Below the pieces are notes generated by a model, which worked only from the letters and a program-made list of their open reading frames with translations, was not told the origin of the DNA and searched no databases. A DNA stretch of 64,000 nt from Acidobacteriota bacterium (GTDB lineage Bacteria; Acidobacteriota; UBA6911): assembly GCA_963664705.1 (NCBI GenBank), contig OY761556.1, positions 1,120,001-1,184,000 on the forward strand. The letters are read 5' to 3'. Positions 29,038 through 39,606 of the stretch are shown in pieces. The translations under genes were made by a program, and so were the position numbers. Numbering within the stretch: the first letter of the stretch is position 1; the number at the start of each line of letters is the position of its first letter.

Positions 29038-30051
29038 TCAGGCCCTGATTCCGTAGACCTCTTCGTTATAGCGGGCTATCTCGTCCGTGATGATCGGATC
29101 CACGTTAGGAAAGATGCTGCCCGGGAGCCCGTAGGTCAAACTCGGGATAAAGCCGCCGCCCGGTCCATACTCCACGCAGGCGCGGCGAACTTCCGCACGG
29201 ATAACCGCTTCCGATGTTTCGGGCCAGTCGACGATAGCGGCGTCGATGCCGCCCATGATTGCCATGCGGCCGGCGAGTTGCTTTTGAACCTTGCGCAAGT
29301 CGTTTTGAGGAAGGGCGCCTTGCCAAATGTCTATGCCGATTTCCACCATGTCTTCGACGATCTGCTCAAGGAAGGAATCCGCATGATGCATGATGAGGAC
29401 TCCGTGATCATGCGCGTAGCCGTACATCTTGAAGTAGTAAGGCTTGATCATCTCGCGCCACGTGGCGGGGCTCATAAACATCGAGTGTTTGCTGCCCCAG
29501 TCGTCGTGGGAGAGAATGACATCGGGTTTGAGGTTATCGACGAGCAGCTTGAGATAGTTGAACCGGTACTCGCTGATGGCAGCGATGAGCTCTTTCATGC
29601 ATTCCGGCTCCTCCAGAAGATTTGAGAGCGTATCCTCAAAACCCATCAGATAGTGGCATTGCTCAAAGATGCCCGTGCCCATAAAGCCCAGGACCATCTT
29701 TTCATCCCGGTTGATCCGGCTCGCCGATTCCAGCGCCGGTTTCCAAAGTTCCGGATCGGAGCAGGCTCCGACGATATCCGGAACCTTTATGTATTCCTTC
29801 CACCGAGTGATATCGGGGAGCACTTTATTCTCGGGTGTAACGTGGGGCATGGCTGCAAACTGCGTTTCCGGCCATGCGATTTCGGTTCCCCACCGGTCCT
29901 TGGTCGTCAATCCCTTTACGCGGTTGCCGCGTGTGAATTTGCCGCACGGATCGTCCATTACCGGGATACAGGGTTGGTATTGATTGACGAGTCTATCGGG
30001 TTTGCCTTGGGGCTTTAAGAGTTCGAGAAGGTTTTGTTTTGGTGTAAGCAT
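29038..30051 (-). CDS. URO-D-fold corrinoid methyltransferase (putative MT1/O-demethylase), paralog 1
   Basis: MLTPKQNL..GKPDR; GIFEQ.HYLMG; SHDDWGS; HHADS; IMGGID; corrinoid-cluster context. Confidence 0.85.
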   Translation of the reverse strand: MLTPKQNLLELLKPQGKPDRLVNQYQPCIPVMDDPCGKFTRGNRVKGLTTKDRWGTEIAWPETQFAAMPHVTPENKVLPDITRWKEYIKVPDIVGACSDPELWKPALESASRINRDEKMVLGFMGTGIFEQCHYLMGFEDTLSNLLEEPECMKELIAAISEYRFNYLKLLVDNLKPDVILSHDDWGSKHSMFMSPATWREMIKPYYFKMYGYAHDHGVLIMHHADSFLEQIVEDMVEIGIDIWQGALPQNDLRKVQKQLAGRMAIMGGIDAAIVDWPETSEAVIRAEVRRACVEYGPGGGFIPSLTYGLPGSIFPNVDPIITDEIARYNEEVYGIRA

Positions 30052-30262
30052 TCAAAGTCTCCTTATTGTTCTTGGCGCGCCAGGAAGAACCATCGGCCAG
30101 GAGCAGAACAATATAAGCTAGCGCATTTTCTCAATGCGCCATGCGGACGGCCATGCCGGACCTGGTATCAGCGCTGATTACCGCAGCTTAAAGCTGCGCA
30201 AAAATTTATAAGGATTTCTATCGCGGGGGGCAAGCGAAAAAAGCGTTCAGCAGGTGCCAAAT

Positions 30263-30314
30263 AAAAATGGGCCGGGAGCCCCGCCTGCTAATTTCGGCGC
30301 GCCTCCCGGCCCAT
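30263..30314 (-). terminator. Rho-independent terminator after paralog 2
   Basis: ATGGGCCGGGAG / CTCCCGGCCCAT stem followed by a T-run on the minus strand. Confidence 0.55.
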
Positions 30315-30343
30315 GCAATCTAAATCAAGGGGTTTGGACGAAT

Positions 30344-31360
30344 TTACTTGAACATTTCCTTGCTCATCTTGTCGATTTCCACGGAAATGGCCTCGTAAAC
30401 ACCGGGGAAAACAGAACCCTTCCCTCCCTGTGTGATACAGGGAATGAAGTAATGCTTGCCGTTTTCCTCGCAAGCCCTTCGTACGTGCGTTGCCACCAGT
30501 TCCTGGGTCCAGTCTCCACGGTCCACGAGTCCGTTATCGATGTCACCCATGAAGGTAAGCTTGCTGCCGTACTTCTTAACCAGCTCCGGCACATTATTCG
30601 TGCTGACGCACCCCTGCCAGATGTCCATCTTCATTTCGATCATGGCGGGAACAAGGTTGGCGCTGTAAGCGTCATTGTGATGCGCGATGAGCTGAACGCC
30701 TCTTTCCTTGTAGTACCCGTACCATTTTTTATACGGTTCCAGCAAAAATTCCTCAAACATGTCCGGAGACAGGAATGAGGATTTATGACTGCCCCAGTCA
30801 TCATGCTGGAAGATTACTTCAGGAGCGAAGTTGTCGCACAACAGCTTGGCGTAACCGAGCTTCCATTCGGTAATATAGTTGATGAGATCCTTCATGGCTT
30901 CCGGCTCTTCATAAAAAGCGATCAGAGCGTCATCCATGCCCATCAGATAATGCACCTGCTCAAAAATGCCGGGCGCGCCGAACAAGGTGACAAATACTTC
31001 ATTCCTGTCGACTGAAGTCGCCTGATGTTTGTATTTATCCCATTCCGACTGGGGATAATTGAGCGTAGGAGCCTTGACTACTTTCTCCCACTGCGAGATG
31101 TCTTTGAGCACTTTGTGCTCTGCATCGTGTACCGGGAAGGCACCCGGAACATTCGCGGGCCAAGCCCGCCAAACGCCCCAGGAATCCTTGGCCGGCGCTC
31201 CCCCGGGTGCCGGCATTGGCGAAGCTGCTACCACCGGATCTGACCAGATCATGCCGAAAGCTGCAGTCGGAGAACAATCGAATACTTCATACTGATTGAC
31301 AAACCTGTCCGGCTTTCCACCACGAATGGTTTCCAGCAGATTCTGTCTTTTGGTCAACAT
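30344..31360 (-). CDS. URO-D-fold corrinoid methyltransferase, paralog 2
   Basis: MLTKRQNL..GGKPDRFV; QHDDWGS; HHNDA; FIPC; AGGAGG RBS; 30 bp downstream of the corrinoid protein. Confidence 0.87.
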   Translation of the reverse strand: MLTKRQNLLETIRGGKPDRFVNQYEVFDCSPTAAFGMIWSDPVVAASPMPAPGGAPAKDSWGVWRAWPANVPGAFPVHDAEHKVLKDISQWEKVVKAPTLNYPQSEWDKYKHQATSVDRNEVFVTLFGAPGIFEQVHYLMGMDDALIAFYEEPEAMKDLINYITEWKLGYAKLLCDNFAPEVIFQHDDWGSHKSSFLSPDMFEEFLLEPYKKWYGYYKERGVQLIAHHNDAYSANLVPAMIEMKMDIWQGCVSTNNVPELVKKYGSKLTFMGDIDNGLVDRGDWTQELVATHVRRACEENGKHYFIPCITQGGKGSVFPGVYEAISVEIDKMSKEMFK

Positions 31361-31389
31361 GAAAGAAAGGCCTCCTGAAGGATCCGGAA

Positions 31390-32022
31390 CTAGGCAGCAA
31401 TAATTGCCTTTGCCTTTTCCGCGGCTGCCCCTGCATCCGGTGCATAAGCATCGGCGCCGATTTCATCCGCGAATTTCTGAGTTACAGGCGCGCCGCCGAC
31501 GATGATCTTGAATCCGGCCAGACCGCTTTCCTTGATCGCATCCACGGTTTTCTTCAACGCAGGCAGGGTTGTGGTCAGAAGCGCGGAACAGGCAACCAGC
31601 TTGACGTTTTTATTATTTTTGATGGCCTCAATAAACTTGCTCGGCGCCTGATCGACGCCAATATCCACCATGTCAAAGCCGGCACTGCCGATCATCATGT
31701 TGACAAGGTTTTTGCCGATGTCGTGCAGATCGCCTTCAACCGTGCCGATGATGCACGTTCCCAAGGATGTTGAAGCTTCCGCGCTCAGCATGGGCTTTAA
31801 TACTTCCACGCCCTTTGCCATCGCTTTTGCCGCGATGAGCATTTCAGGCACAAAGATCTCGCCAGAGGAGAATCTATCGCCTACAACCTTCATTCCGTCA
31901 ATCATTGCCTGAAGGATGTCTTTCGCGGCGCTTCCTTCATCCAGGGCTGCCTGAACAAGGCCGGGAACTATTTTGGTTTTGCCGATGATTACCTGTTCTT
32001 TTACTTCGTCGATCTTAGCCAT
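31390..32022 (-). CDS. Corrinoid (B12-binding) methyl-carrier protein
   Basis: Cap domain (GEIFVPEML); GDLHDIGKNLV B12 motif; SALLTTT; IVGGAPV. Confidence 0.95.
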   Translation of the reverse strand: MAKIDEVKEQVIIGKTKIVPGLVQAALDEGSAAKDILQAMIDGMKVVGDRFSSGEIFVPEMLIAAKAMAKGVEVLKPMLSAEASTSLGTCIIGTVEGDLHDIGKNLVNMMIGSAGFDMVDIGVDQAPSKFIEAIKNNKNVKLVACSALLTTTLPALKKTVDAIKESGLAGFKIIVGGAPVTQKFADEIGADAYAPDAGAAAEKAKAIIAA

Positions 32023-32190
32023 ATTTTTTCACCTGAGTGCCATAATGCCCCGGCCTGGGGCCGGAGAAGTTTTATTCTTGTAAAAACCATTCCTCAACTT
32101 GCTAATAAAAATCAGAAATGCCTGACCACTTTAACGAGTTATCTTTCTAACACGTCCGCTATGAATAAGTTAAGAAAAAAATAACTCGCA

Positions 32191-32231
32191 CGGATTGTAA
32201 ACCGAAATCATCGATTCCCGTTTACAATCCG
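32191..32231 (-). terminator. Hairpin downstream of methyl-THF methyltransferase
   Basis: CGGATTGTAAAC / GTTTACAATCCG 12-bp inverted repeat. Confidence 0.45.
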
Positions 32232-32255
32232 GACCAACGATACGAATTGCAGTTC

Positions 32256-33059
32256 CTATTTTTGTGTGCCGAAAATGCCTTTTCTGAAAGCATGAATGTA
32301 CTCAATGCACATCTCGTCACGGGCGAGCAATGCATCGGTCGCATAAATCAATCCCCTCAAATCCCTGTTCAACGGGTCAAGGATCACGCTGTCCAGCCCT
32401 GCATTCATTGCCAGAACAACAAATGCCTGGTTCACTATTTTTCTCGCCGGCAGGTTAAAGGAAATGTTGCTGGCAGCGCCCGTGATATGAATCGTGGGGT
32501 ACTGCCGTCTGATTTCCTTCATGACCTCGACGATCATATTGATGCCATCTTCCGAAGTCGCCAGCATTTCCACCAGCGGATCGATGTGGAGTCTGGAGGG
32601 GTCGATGCCGTATTCCTTCGCCTTTTTCATCAGCGCTTCAAATACCTGGAGGCGCTTTTCCGCCGATCTCGGAATTCCCGTATCATCGCACAGAAGCGCG
32701 GCGCATTCCCATTTCGTCTTTGCGATTTTCGGGAAAACAACGTCAATTTTGGTCCCTTCCATCGACACTGAATTGACAAGTCCGGGCTTGTTGCAGAAAT
32801 CGATGGCTATTGCGCAGGTGTCAGCGCTGGGGCTATCCACCGCAATAGGAGTTTCGGTAACCTCCTGGACAAGGTCTATCAACCACTTCAAGGTATCCAA
32901 TTCCTTGGAAACCTCGACGGAAGCACAGACATCGATAAAGTCAGATCCCACTTCAGTCTGAACTTTAGCAAGATTCCTGATGAAATCCGCATCCTTTGCT
33001 TCGATTGCCTTGCCTACGGATGGGATCGATCCATTTATTTTTTCAGCAATAATAATCAT
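32256..33059 (-). CDS. Methylcorrinoid:tetrahydrofolate methyltransferase (MT2, AcsE-like pterin-binding)
   Basis: MIIIAEKING; IAVDS; VNSVS; IDPLV; SNISFNLPAR; AGLDS.ILDP. Confidence 0.92.
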   Translation of the reverse strand: MIIIAEKINGSIPSVGKAIEAKDADFIRNLAKVQTEVGSDFIDVCASVEVSKELDTLKWLIDLVQEVTETPIAVDSPSADTCAIAIDFCNKPGLVNSVSMEGTKIDVVFPKIAKTKWECAALLCDDTGIPRSAEKRLQVFEALMKKAKEYGIDPSRLHIDPLVEMLATSEDGINMIVEVMKEIRRQYPTIHITGAASNISFNLPARKIVNQAFVVLAMNAGLDSVILDPLNRDLRGLIYATDALLARDEMCIEYIHAFRKGIFGTQK

Positions 33060-33391
33060 CTTACATTGGCTCCGTTATTTTATCTGGTCCTGCTTGTTGA
33101 ATGCCGAATTTGTAACCAATATTTAATTGCAAATTCTACCGAAAACTCCAGTATCACAAATTTTCGATTCTATCCGGAATATCCGAACTAAGTCAAATAA
33201 TTGTCCTGAACTATGTAAATGGCCGGGGGTGTTGAAGCCGTTGGTAAAAGATGCTAGAAAGTCATGCTGGATTCGCTTTTGAGGCAAACCGGCCATCGTC
33301 GCGGGCGAATCGTGCTCAGACTGCAAGGCTTGGTGTTTGCCAGTGGATTCCGGCTTCAATCCAGGCTATCAATCGAGGCAATGGTAATATA

Positions 33392-35416
33392 TTGAACAAT
33401 ACAAAATATGGTGCTGATGATTCGAATGACTACATAAAGATCGGGTTGGGCGTGGATGCCGGTGGCACCTATACCGATGCCGTGATCTTTGATATTGAGA
33501 AAAATGTCACCCTAGGCAAAGCCAAATCCCTGACAACCCGTTGGGATTTTACCGTGGGCATCAGCAAGGCATTGGATCAGCTGAATCAGAAATTTCTGCC
33601 GAAAATCGAGCTTGTTTCCTTGTCCACCACGCTTGCAACTAATGCCATAGTGGAAAATGAAGGCCAGAAGGTCGGGCTGATATTAATGCCACCCTTTGGA
33701 CTGGATATCGCACAGAACATATCCTACCGTCCGAAATCCGTCATACAGGGGCAGCTGGATATTACGGGCAAGGAGATTATGCCCGTCAATCCGGATGAGA
33801 TAAGGTCCGTTGTCCGCCAGATGACTGATAACCAGGTGACCGCATTTGCCGTGTCGGGCTTTGCCGGCTCCATTAATCCTGAGCATGAATTGCAGGTAAA
33901 GCGAATTGTTCAGGAGGAAACGGGGCTCTTCGTATCTTGTGGCCATGAGCTATCCGATACCCTTAATTTTCAGACTAGGGCCGTGACTGCCATGCTGAAC
34001 GCCAGGATTATCCCCAGGCTGGCTAACCTGTTGTTAGATCTTGAAAAAGTCATGACAAGGTATGGAATTGCTTCGCCGGTTGTCGTGGTCAAAGGGGATG
34101 GCACGCTGATGAGTTCCGAAATGGCGAAGATCCGGCCCGTGGAAACCATCCTTTCGGGACCAGCTGCCAGCGTTGCCGGCGCCAGGCATTTAACGGGCAT
34201 CGATGATGCGCTGGTGGTGGATATGGGAGGAACTACCACAGATACGGCAGCGCTCTCGTCGGGGCTGGTCAGCCTCAACGAGGCAGGATCCAATGTCGGG
34301 GGACATCGAACTCACGTCAAAGCGCTTGATATCCGCACCATCGGTTTGGGAGGGGATAGCCTGATCCGGTATGAGCGGCTGCAATTCTCCATAGGGCCCA
34401 AACGCGTTGCGCCCATTGCCTGGCTTGGTCGAAACTGGTCCGGAGCCGAGGCCGCCCTGGAATACCTGGGGCTTCATCTCAAGCGTTATCGTGCCTCCAC
34501 GCGGAAAATGCAGATCCTGGTTAAAACGAGTGCGGTCAAATCAATGCAGCTTTTCCCCATGGAAGAAGAGATTCTCGGCCTGCTTGAACAAAGGCCCTAT
34601 TCCCTGGATGAGCTTCTGCATCTCACCGGGGCGATTGCCGAAGGCAGTCTGCATTTGCAGCGACTGGAAGAGAATTTCGTGATTCAGAGATGTGGCCTGA
34701 CGCTGACCGATCTGCTCCATATCAACGGCAGATTCGAGGCATGGGATACCGCTGCGGCCAGGAGATATGCTGAGTTTTATTCGTTCCTGTCCAATCAGCC
34801 CATGTCTGAGATGATCGATCATATCCTCGAGTTGGGCGTTAAGCGGTTATCGATGGAACTGCTGAAGCGTCGTCTGGATGATGATACGGTTCCAGACAAG
34901 ATGGATGACTGCCCGGTTTGCCGAACCCTGATCCATCACCTTTTGAATGAACAGCATTCCAGTTATGAAGTGGCGATCAACTTTAATCACCCTGTGATCG
35001 GAGTGGGCGCTCCGATCAAATTTTTTCTACCCCAGGCCGTCGCTCCTTTCAGGACAAAAGCGATCCTTCCGGAAAATGCCGATGTTGCCAATGCCATCGG
35101 TGCAATTACGAGCCATGTGTTTATCCAGAAACAGCTCTGGATAGTGCCCGGCGAAGCAGGCCGGTTTATCGTTGAAGGCATTTCGGGAGCACGTGAATTT
35201 GCCGGTATCGAGGATGCGGACCGGTTTGCCCGGGAGGAATTGACGGTGATGGTCCACAAAAAGGCGATTGAGGCTGGAACAAGCTGCAGAAGCATCCTGT
35301 TTGAAACAAAGGACAGCGTACCCCTGGCATCCACCGGGGAAGCCGTTTTCCTGAAACGCACAATCACCGCAAGCCTGAAGGGCCGCCCGGATCTGGTTGT
35401 AAAAAAAGCTCTTTGA
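33392..35416 (+). CDS. Hydantoinase/oxoprolinase A-like (ASKHA ATPase) protein; start uncertain (ORF open from 33251)
   Basis: GVDAGGTYTD; STTLATNA; ETILSGPAAS; DMGGTTTD; GLGGDS; TLTD; VANAIGA. Confidence 0.87.
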   Translation: MNNTKYGADDSNDYIKIGLGVDAGGTYTDAVIFDIEKNVTLGKAKSLTTRWDFTVGISKALDQLNQKFLPKIELVSLSTTLATNAIVENEGQKVGLILMPPFGLDIAQNISYRPKSVIQGQLDITGKEIMPVNPDEIRSVVRQMTDNQVTAFAVSGFAGSINPEHELQVKRIVQEETGLFVSCGHELSDTLNFQTRAVTAMLNARIIPRLANLLLDLEKVMTRYGIASPVVVVKGDGTLMSSEMAKIRPVETILSGPAASVAGARHLTGIDDALVVDMGGTTTDTAALSSGLVSLNEAGSNVGGHRTHVKALDIRTIGLGGDSLIRYERLQFSIGPKRVAPIAWLGRNWSGAEAALEYLGLHLKRYRASTRKMQILVKTSAVKSMQLFPMEEEILGLLEQRPYSLDELLHLTGAIAEGSLHLQRLEENFVIQRCGLTLTDLLHINGRFEAWDTAAARRYAEFYSFLSNQPMSEMIDHILELGVKRLSMELLKRRLDDDTVPDKMDDCPVCRTLIHHLLNEQHSSYEVAINFNHPVIGVGAPIKFFLPQAVAPFRTKAILPENADVANAIGAITSHVFIQKQLWIVPGEAGRFIVEGISGAREFAGIEDADRFAREELTVMVHKKAIEAGTSCRSILFETKDSVPLASTGEAVFLKRTITASLKGRPDLVVKKAL

Positions 35417-35627
35417 GACTCGATGGATTTTGCCGGTTGACGGCAATTGTTAGCGTTTGAGTCCCAGGCATTCGCAGCGTTACCCTGATTTCTCTCGGTG
35501 GGAGTTTCGCCTCCATTTGCCAGAAGTTTGCCTTTCAAAATGCAGTCGCAGCCTATTATAATAATCAATTCGTCATGATTTTCGATATTCCTAATAATTG
35601 ATTGGATAAATTGGGAGGTTTTTGCTC

Positions 35628-36626
35628 ATGAATTTAAAAGAAATGTTCATGTCCGCATTGAGGAATGATAAGCCCATCAAGTGGATGGGTTATGGTTTTG
35701 AAGCGTTTCCAAAGATCAAGTTCCACTGTGTAATGGATCCCATTTCGATTTGGGATATTCTCCAGTTCACGGGAGAAGCTGCGATAGATAATTGGGGTGG
35801 CACCATCCGCTTCCTGCCCGGCGATCCTGGCTGGATCCCGATCGTTAATGAGCAGAACAAGGTTATCAAGGACATCACGAAATGGCGCGACTATGTCAAA
35901 TTTCCTGAGATTCCGAACCTTGACTGGAGCGATGCCAAGAAAACAATTGAAGGAATCGACCGGGAAACACAGCTGGTGATGGTTCCCACCTTCCGCGGGC
36001 TGTTTGAGCGCGCCCATTGCCTGATGCCTTTTGAAGAAGTTCTGATCAGCTTGTATGAAGAGCCGGAATCGATGTATGAGTTCTTCGATGCCTATGCCGA
36101 CTGGAAACTCAAAGTCATCGAGCAACTCATTGACAACCTCCATCCGGATATTCTGCATACTCATGATGACTGGGGTTCCAAAACCGCTCTCTTCTTCTCG
36201 CCGGCCAAATTCCGCGAGTTGTTAAAGCCTCACTATGAACGTATTTACGGGTATGTTAAAAAGCGCGGAGTGCTGATTCAACACCATTCCGACTGCTTCT
36301 GCCAGGGAATTGAAAATGACATGGTTGATCTGGGCATTGATATGTGGCAGGGAGCTCTTCCTTCCAATGATATCGTTCAGATTCAGAAGAACATCCAGGG
36401 CAAAATGCTTCTTATGGGAGGCATTGAGCAGGGCGTAATCGACAGGGCCGATGCAACGGATGCCGAAATCCGCGCTGAAGTACGCAGAGCCATCGATGCC
36501 TATGCGCCCGGAGGCTCATTCCTGCCATGTATTGGAAGCCTTGAATGCATCAATGAATTCGTTACCCCGATCGTCATTGATGAATGCAACCGCTACGGAG
36601 CAGAGTGGCTGAAAAAGCAGCAATAA
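35628..36626 (+). CDS. URO-D-fold corrinoid methyltransferase, paralog 3
   Basis: GLFERAH.LM; THDDWGS; HHSDC; LMGGI; FLPC; GGAGG RBS. Confidence 0.85.
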   Translation: MNLKEMFMSALRNDKPIKWMGYGFEAFPKIKFHCVMDPISIWDILQFTGEAAIDNWGGTIRFLPGDPGWIPIVNEQNKVIKDITKWRDYVKFPEIPNLDWSDAKKTIEGIDRETQLVMVPTFRGLFERAHCLMPFEEVLISLYEEPESMYEFFDAYADWKLKVIEQLIDNLHPDILHTHDDWGSKTALFFSPAKFRELLKPHYERIYGYVKKRGVLIQHHSDCFCQGIENDMVDLGIDMWQGALPSNDIVQIQKNIQGKMLLMGGIEQGVIDRADATDAEIRAEVRRAIDAYAPGGSFLPCIGSLECINEFVTPIVIDECNRYGAEWLKKQQ

Positions 36627-36648
36627 CAGTTTATCGGTTTTGAAAAGC

Positions 36649-36683
36649 AAAGCCTCCCATTATGTTCAATAAGGGAGGCTTTT
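36649..36683 (+). terminator. Terminator-like hairpin after paralog 3
   Basis: AAAGCCTCCC / GGGAGGCTTTT. It overlaps the ORF-track ATG at 36662, which suggests a later start for the next gene. Confidence 0.5.
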
Positions 36684-36715
36684 GTATTGAAACCATACCG
36701 GGGGTAAAGGTTCCA

Positions 36716-38512
36716 TTGTACAACGTCGAATTTATGCCGGTTGGAAGACGCGGTCGCTGTCCTGAAGGGAATTCACTCCTTGAATGTGCACGCCTGCTAA
36801 ACGTGGATCTCGTCAGCATCTGTGGCGGCGTTGGGGCCTGCCGCCGGTGCCGGGTGCAGATTATATCGGGCGCAGTGTCTCCCCCGACAGCATTGGACCT
36901 CGAAATCTTTACGGAAGCGGAACTTGGACAAGGCAGACGTCTTGCCTGCATGACGTTTCCGCAGGAGGATGTGCGCGTGCTGGTGCCGCCGGAGTCTCTG
37001 TCCGCGCCGCAGCGCACGCAGGTGGAGGGGATTGATCTGCAGGTCAAGCCGGATCCATTGGCTCGCGGTCTGATCGTCCCTTTGACCCCGCCTTCGCTCG
37101 AGGATCCCAAACCGGACGATTGGAACCTGTGGGGAGCGCTGGAACGCGATCACGGTGTGGCTCCGGGAACCATCGATCTTGCGGTCCAGCAGATTCTTTC
37201 TTCCCGTCTACGCACCCTGGACTGGAAGGCGAGCGTTGTCCTGCGGGAATCGGAAGTCATTGCGCTGGATGCACCTTCCACACGCTGGCTCGGTCTTGCG
37301 GTGGATATCGGCACAACCAAGATCGCCGTTTACCTGGTGGATATGAAGAGCGGCGAAATCGCGGTGTCCGCGGGATTGATGAATCCTCAAATTTCCTATG
37401 GAGAGGATGTCGTATCGCGCATCTATACCGCCGGCGAATCCCCGGCAAATGCGGTGAAGATGCAGTCGCTGCTTGTGGATGCCTTGAATAGCAGCGTTGC
37501 CTCGCTGTGCAAGGAAATCGGCGCCGACCCTTCACATATAACAGATGCGGTGATCGTCGGGAATACGGCGATTCATCATCTGTTCCTTGGGATTCCGGTG
37601 CAACAGCTGGGCCTGGTTCCGTACGTTCCTGCGGTCCGTTCCGCCGTTGATATCAAAGCCCGGGATATTGGCCTGAAAACGGCGCCGGGCGGTTATGTGC
37701 ATATGCTGCCCAATATTGCCGGGTATGTCGGTGCGGATCACGTGGCGATGCTTCTCGCGACTGAGCTGGATGAAAGGGAAGGGGTCACGCTCGCACTCGA
37801 TATCGGCACCAACACGGAAATCTGTCTGAACAGTCGCGGCAGAATGAAAAGCGTATCCTGTGCTTCCGGTCCGGCATTTGAAGGCGCGCATATCCAGTTC
37901 GGCATGAGGGCCGCAAAAGGCGCGATCGAGCGAGTGCGTTTGTCCGGGACGCAGCTGGAAATTCAGACCATTGGAGACGGTGCGCCGGTCGGCATCTGCG
38001 GCTCCGGGCTTCTTGATGGGATTGCCCAGATGTTGAACAATGGCGTGATCGATCCCTCCGGAAGGATGCTGGACCATCCGCTTGTGCGCAAGCGCAATGA
38101 TCGGAAGGAATTTGTCCTGGTAGAGCGTCCGGGAGAAGGGGATATCACGATATCCCAGAAGGACGTTCGGGAGCTCCAGGCTGCGAAGACCGCCATTCGT
38201 CTCGGAATCCAGGCCTTGCTCGAGGACGCGGGCATTGTGGAAGCAGATATCGATCGGGTGATTATCGCGGGAGCGTTCGGATCCTTCATCGACGTGCAGA
38301 GCGCCATGGCAGTCGGGATGCTGCCGCCGCTGCCCCTGGAACGGTTTCAGCAGGTAGGGAATGCCGCCGGGACCGGGGCAAGGCTGGCCCTGATTTCGCG
38401 GGATAAACGGCGCACTGCTTTGGCAATCGCCGCGAGGGACGGATACATCGAGCTGGCTTGCATCCCCGAGTTCAACGACAAATTCGCTGCCGCCAGCTCC
38501 ATGATCTGGTAG
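36716..38512 (+). CDS. ATP-dependent reductive activator of corrinoid proteins (RACE/RACo; 2Fe-2S + ASKHA)
   Basis: CGGVGACRRC...RLAC 2Fe-2S; DIGTT; NPQ..YGEDVVSRI; GYVGAD; DIGTNTEI; GPAFEG; GICGSG; AGAFGS; GNAAG. Probable TTG start at 36716 (ORF open from 36662). Confidence 0.92.
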   Translation: MYNVEFMPVGRRGRCPEGNSLLECARLLNVDLVSICGGVGACRRCRVQIISGAVSPPTALDLEIFTEAELGQGRRLACMTFPQEDVRVLVPPESLSAPQRTQVEGIDLQVKPDPLARGLIVPLTPPSLEDPKPDDWNLWGALERDHGVAPGTIDLAVQQILSSRLRTLDWKASVVLRESEVIALDAPSTRWLGLAVDIGTTKIAVYLVDMKSGEIAVSAGLMNPQISYGEDVVSRIYTAGESPANAVKMQSLLVDALNSSVASLCKEIGADPSHITDAVIVGNTAIHHLFLGIPVQQLGLVPYVPAVRSAVDIKARDIGLKTAPGGYVHMLPNIAGYVGADHVAMLLATELDEREGVTLALDIGTNTEICLNSRGRMKSVSCASGPAFEGAHIQFGMRAAKGAIERVRLSGTQLEIQTIGDGAPVGICGSGLLDGIAQMLNNGVIDPSGRMLDHPLVRKRNDRKEFVLVERPGEGDITISQKDVRELQAAKTAIRLGIQALLEDAGIVEADIDRVIIAGAFGSFIDVQSAMAVGMLPPLPLERFQQVGNAAGTGARLALISRDKRRTALAIAARDGYIELACIPEFNDKFAAASSMIW

Positions 38513-38523
38513 GTGGTCGCGAG

Positions 38524-39606
38524 CTAACTTCCGTTTACTCGATCGGAGATTTCTTTCAGTCGGCTGAACTCGGCATCAACCGGGACATGATCCGCAATTC
38601 CAATGATTGTCCGGATGTCGGAGTCTGCAAATGCCTTTGCCTGTTCAATCGATTCCAACAGGACAGACAGGTCATGCATTGGCATGACATAGTCCTGCGG
38701 AATGCCGCCCCACAGCGTGATATCCGGTCCTGTCGCTTTTCTGGCTTCCTCAAGGGTCGAGTCGCTTTGCGGCGGTCCGGAAATGCCGGCCAGCCCGTCG
38801 ATGCCGGAGCCAGCCAGGAGCGGCAGGAGATGCTTGGAAATCCCGCCTATATGAACCAGCAGATGGTTGTCGCTCCGATGCAATGCATCGCAGGTCTTCC
38901 GGTAACTCGCCTCGAGGCGGTTTCTGAATACTCCAGGCGAGATGAACTGTCCGTCCAGATTATCCGGCGCCAGAAAAATGGCGCGTGAGAACCCGGAGGA
39001 TAGATTTTGAATCAGTTCATTTCTCCTTTCTTCCATTACTTCCAATAGTCCCACTAAGCGATCTTCCTCGGACATCATCAGCATTAATCCGTCACTCCAG
39101 CCCAGCATTGTATGGAGCATATCCGAGTATGGAGTCTTAGGAAGTTGGATAACGTCAATGATGCCGGGATTCGGTTCGACTTCAAGCGGGCTGGAGAGTT
39201 TGGGCCGGTACCGCATTGCTCCTATTATTTCCTCGGCGGCATCCAAATCATCTTCGTCTTTGACCGGGTACTCGGTTTGCCACCAGTCGCCATCGGGTCC
39301 CAGGGACCATATCTCAGTCAGGACCCGGGATTTGGTGTGATATCGGATGATACGTTGGGTTTCGGACTTTTCCCGGATTATGTCGATGCCGTCATGCTCA
39401 AGCTTCCAGGGTGTACGAACCACCCATGCCGGGCAGTTCAAAGCCAAGGCTATGTCAGCCAGGGAACCCTCTCGATGCGCTTCCGGTAATGTGCCTCGTT
39501 CCTTGTGCCATTCGAACCATAGACTCAAATCAGGCATAAACAACGGGTGGGTTGGGGCTTGCCCCTTGAATTGCGCCAAAAGAATTTCCTTAAAATTCAT
39601 CATCAT
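38524..39606 (-). CDS. Divergent URO-D-fold protein, paralog 4
   Basis: EYPVKD..D; PDNLDGQFISP; VHIGG; LWGGIPQ; IIGIADHVP. Confidence 0.75.
   Translation of the reverse strand: MMMNFKEILLAQFKGQAPTHPLFMPDLSLWFEWHKERGTLPEAHREGSLADIALALNCPAWVVRTPWKLEHDGIDIIREKSETQRIIRYHTKSRVLTEIWSLGPDGDWWQTEYPVKDEDDLDAAEEIIGAMRYRPKLSSPLEVEPNPGIIDVIQLPKTPYSDMLHTMLGWSDGLMLMMSEEDRLVGLLEVMEERRNELIQNLSSGFSRAIFLAPDNLDGQFISPGVFRNRLEASYRKTCDALHRSDNHLLVHIGGISKHLLPLLAGSGIDGLAGISGPPQSDSTLEEARKATGPDITLWGGIPQDYVMPMHDLSVLLESIEQAKAFADSDIRTIIGIADHVPVDAEFSRLKEISDRVNGS

Noticed and set aside
31360-31392. Amber read-through (pyrrolysine) fusing the corrinoid protein to paralog 2
   Set aside because: The two ORFs are out of frame, paralog 2 has its own AGGAGG RBS, and no pyl genes are present.
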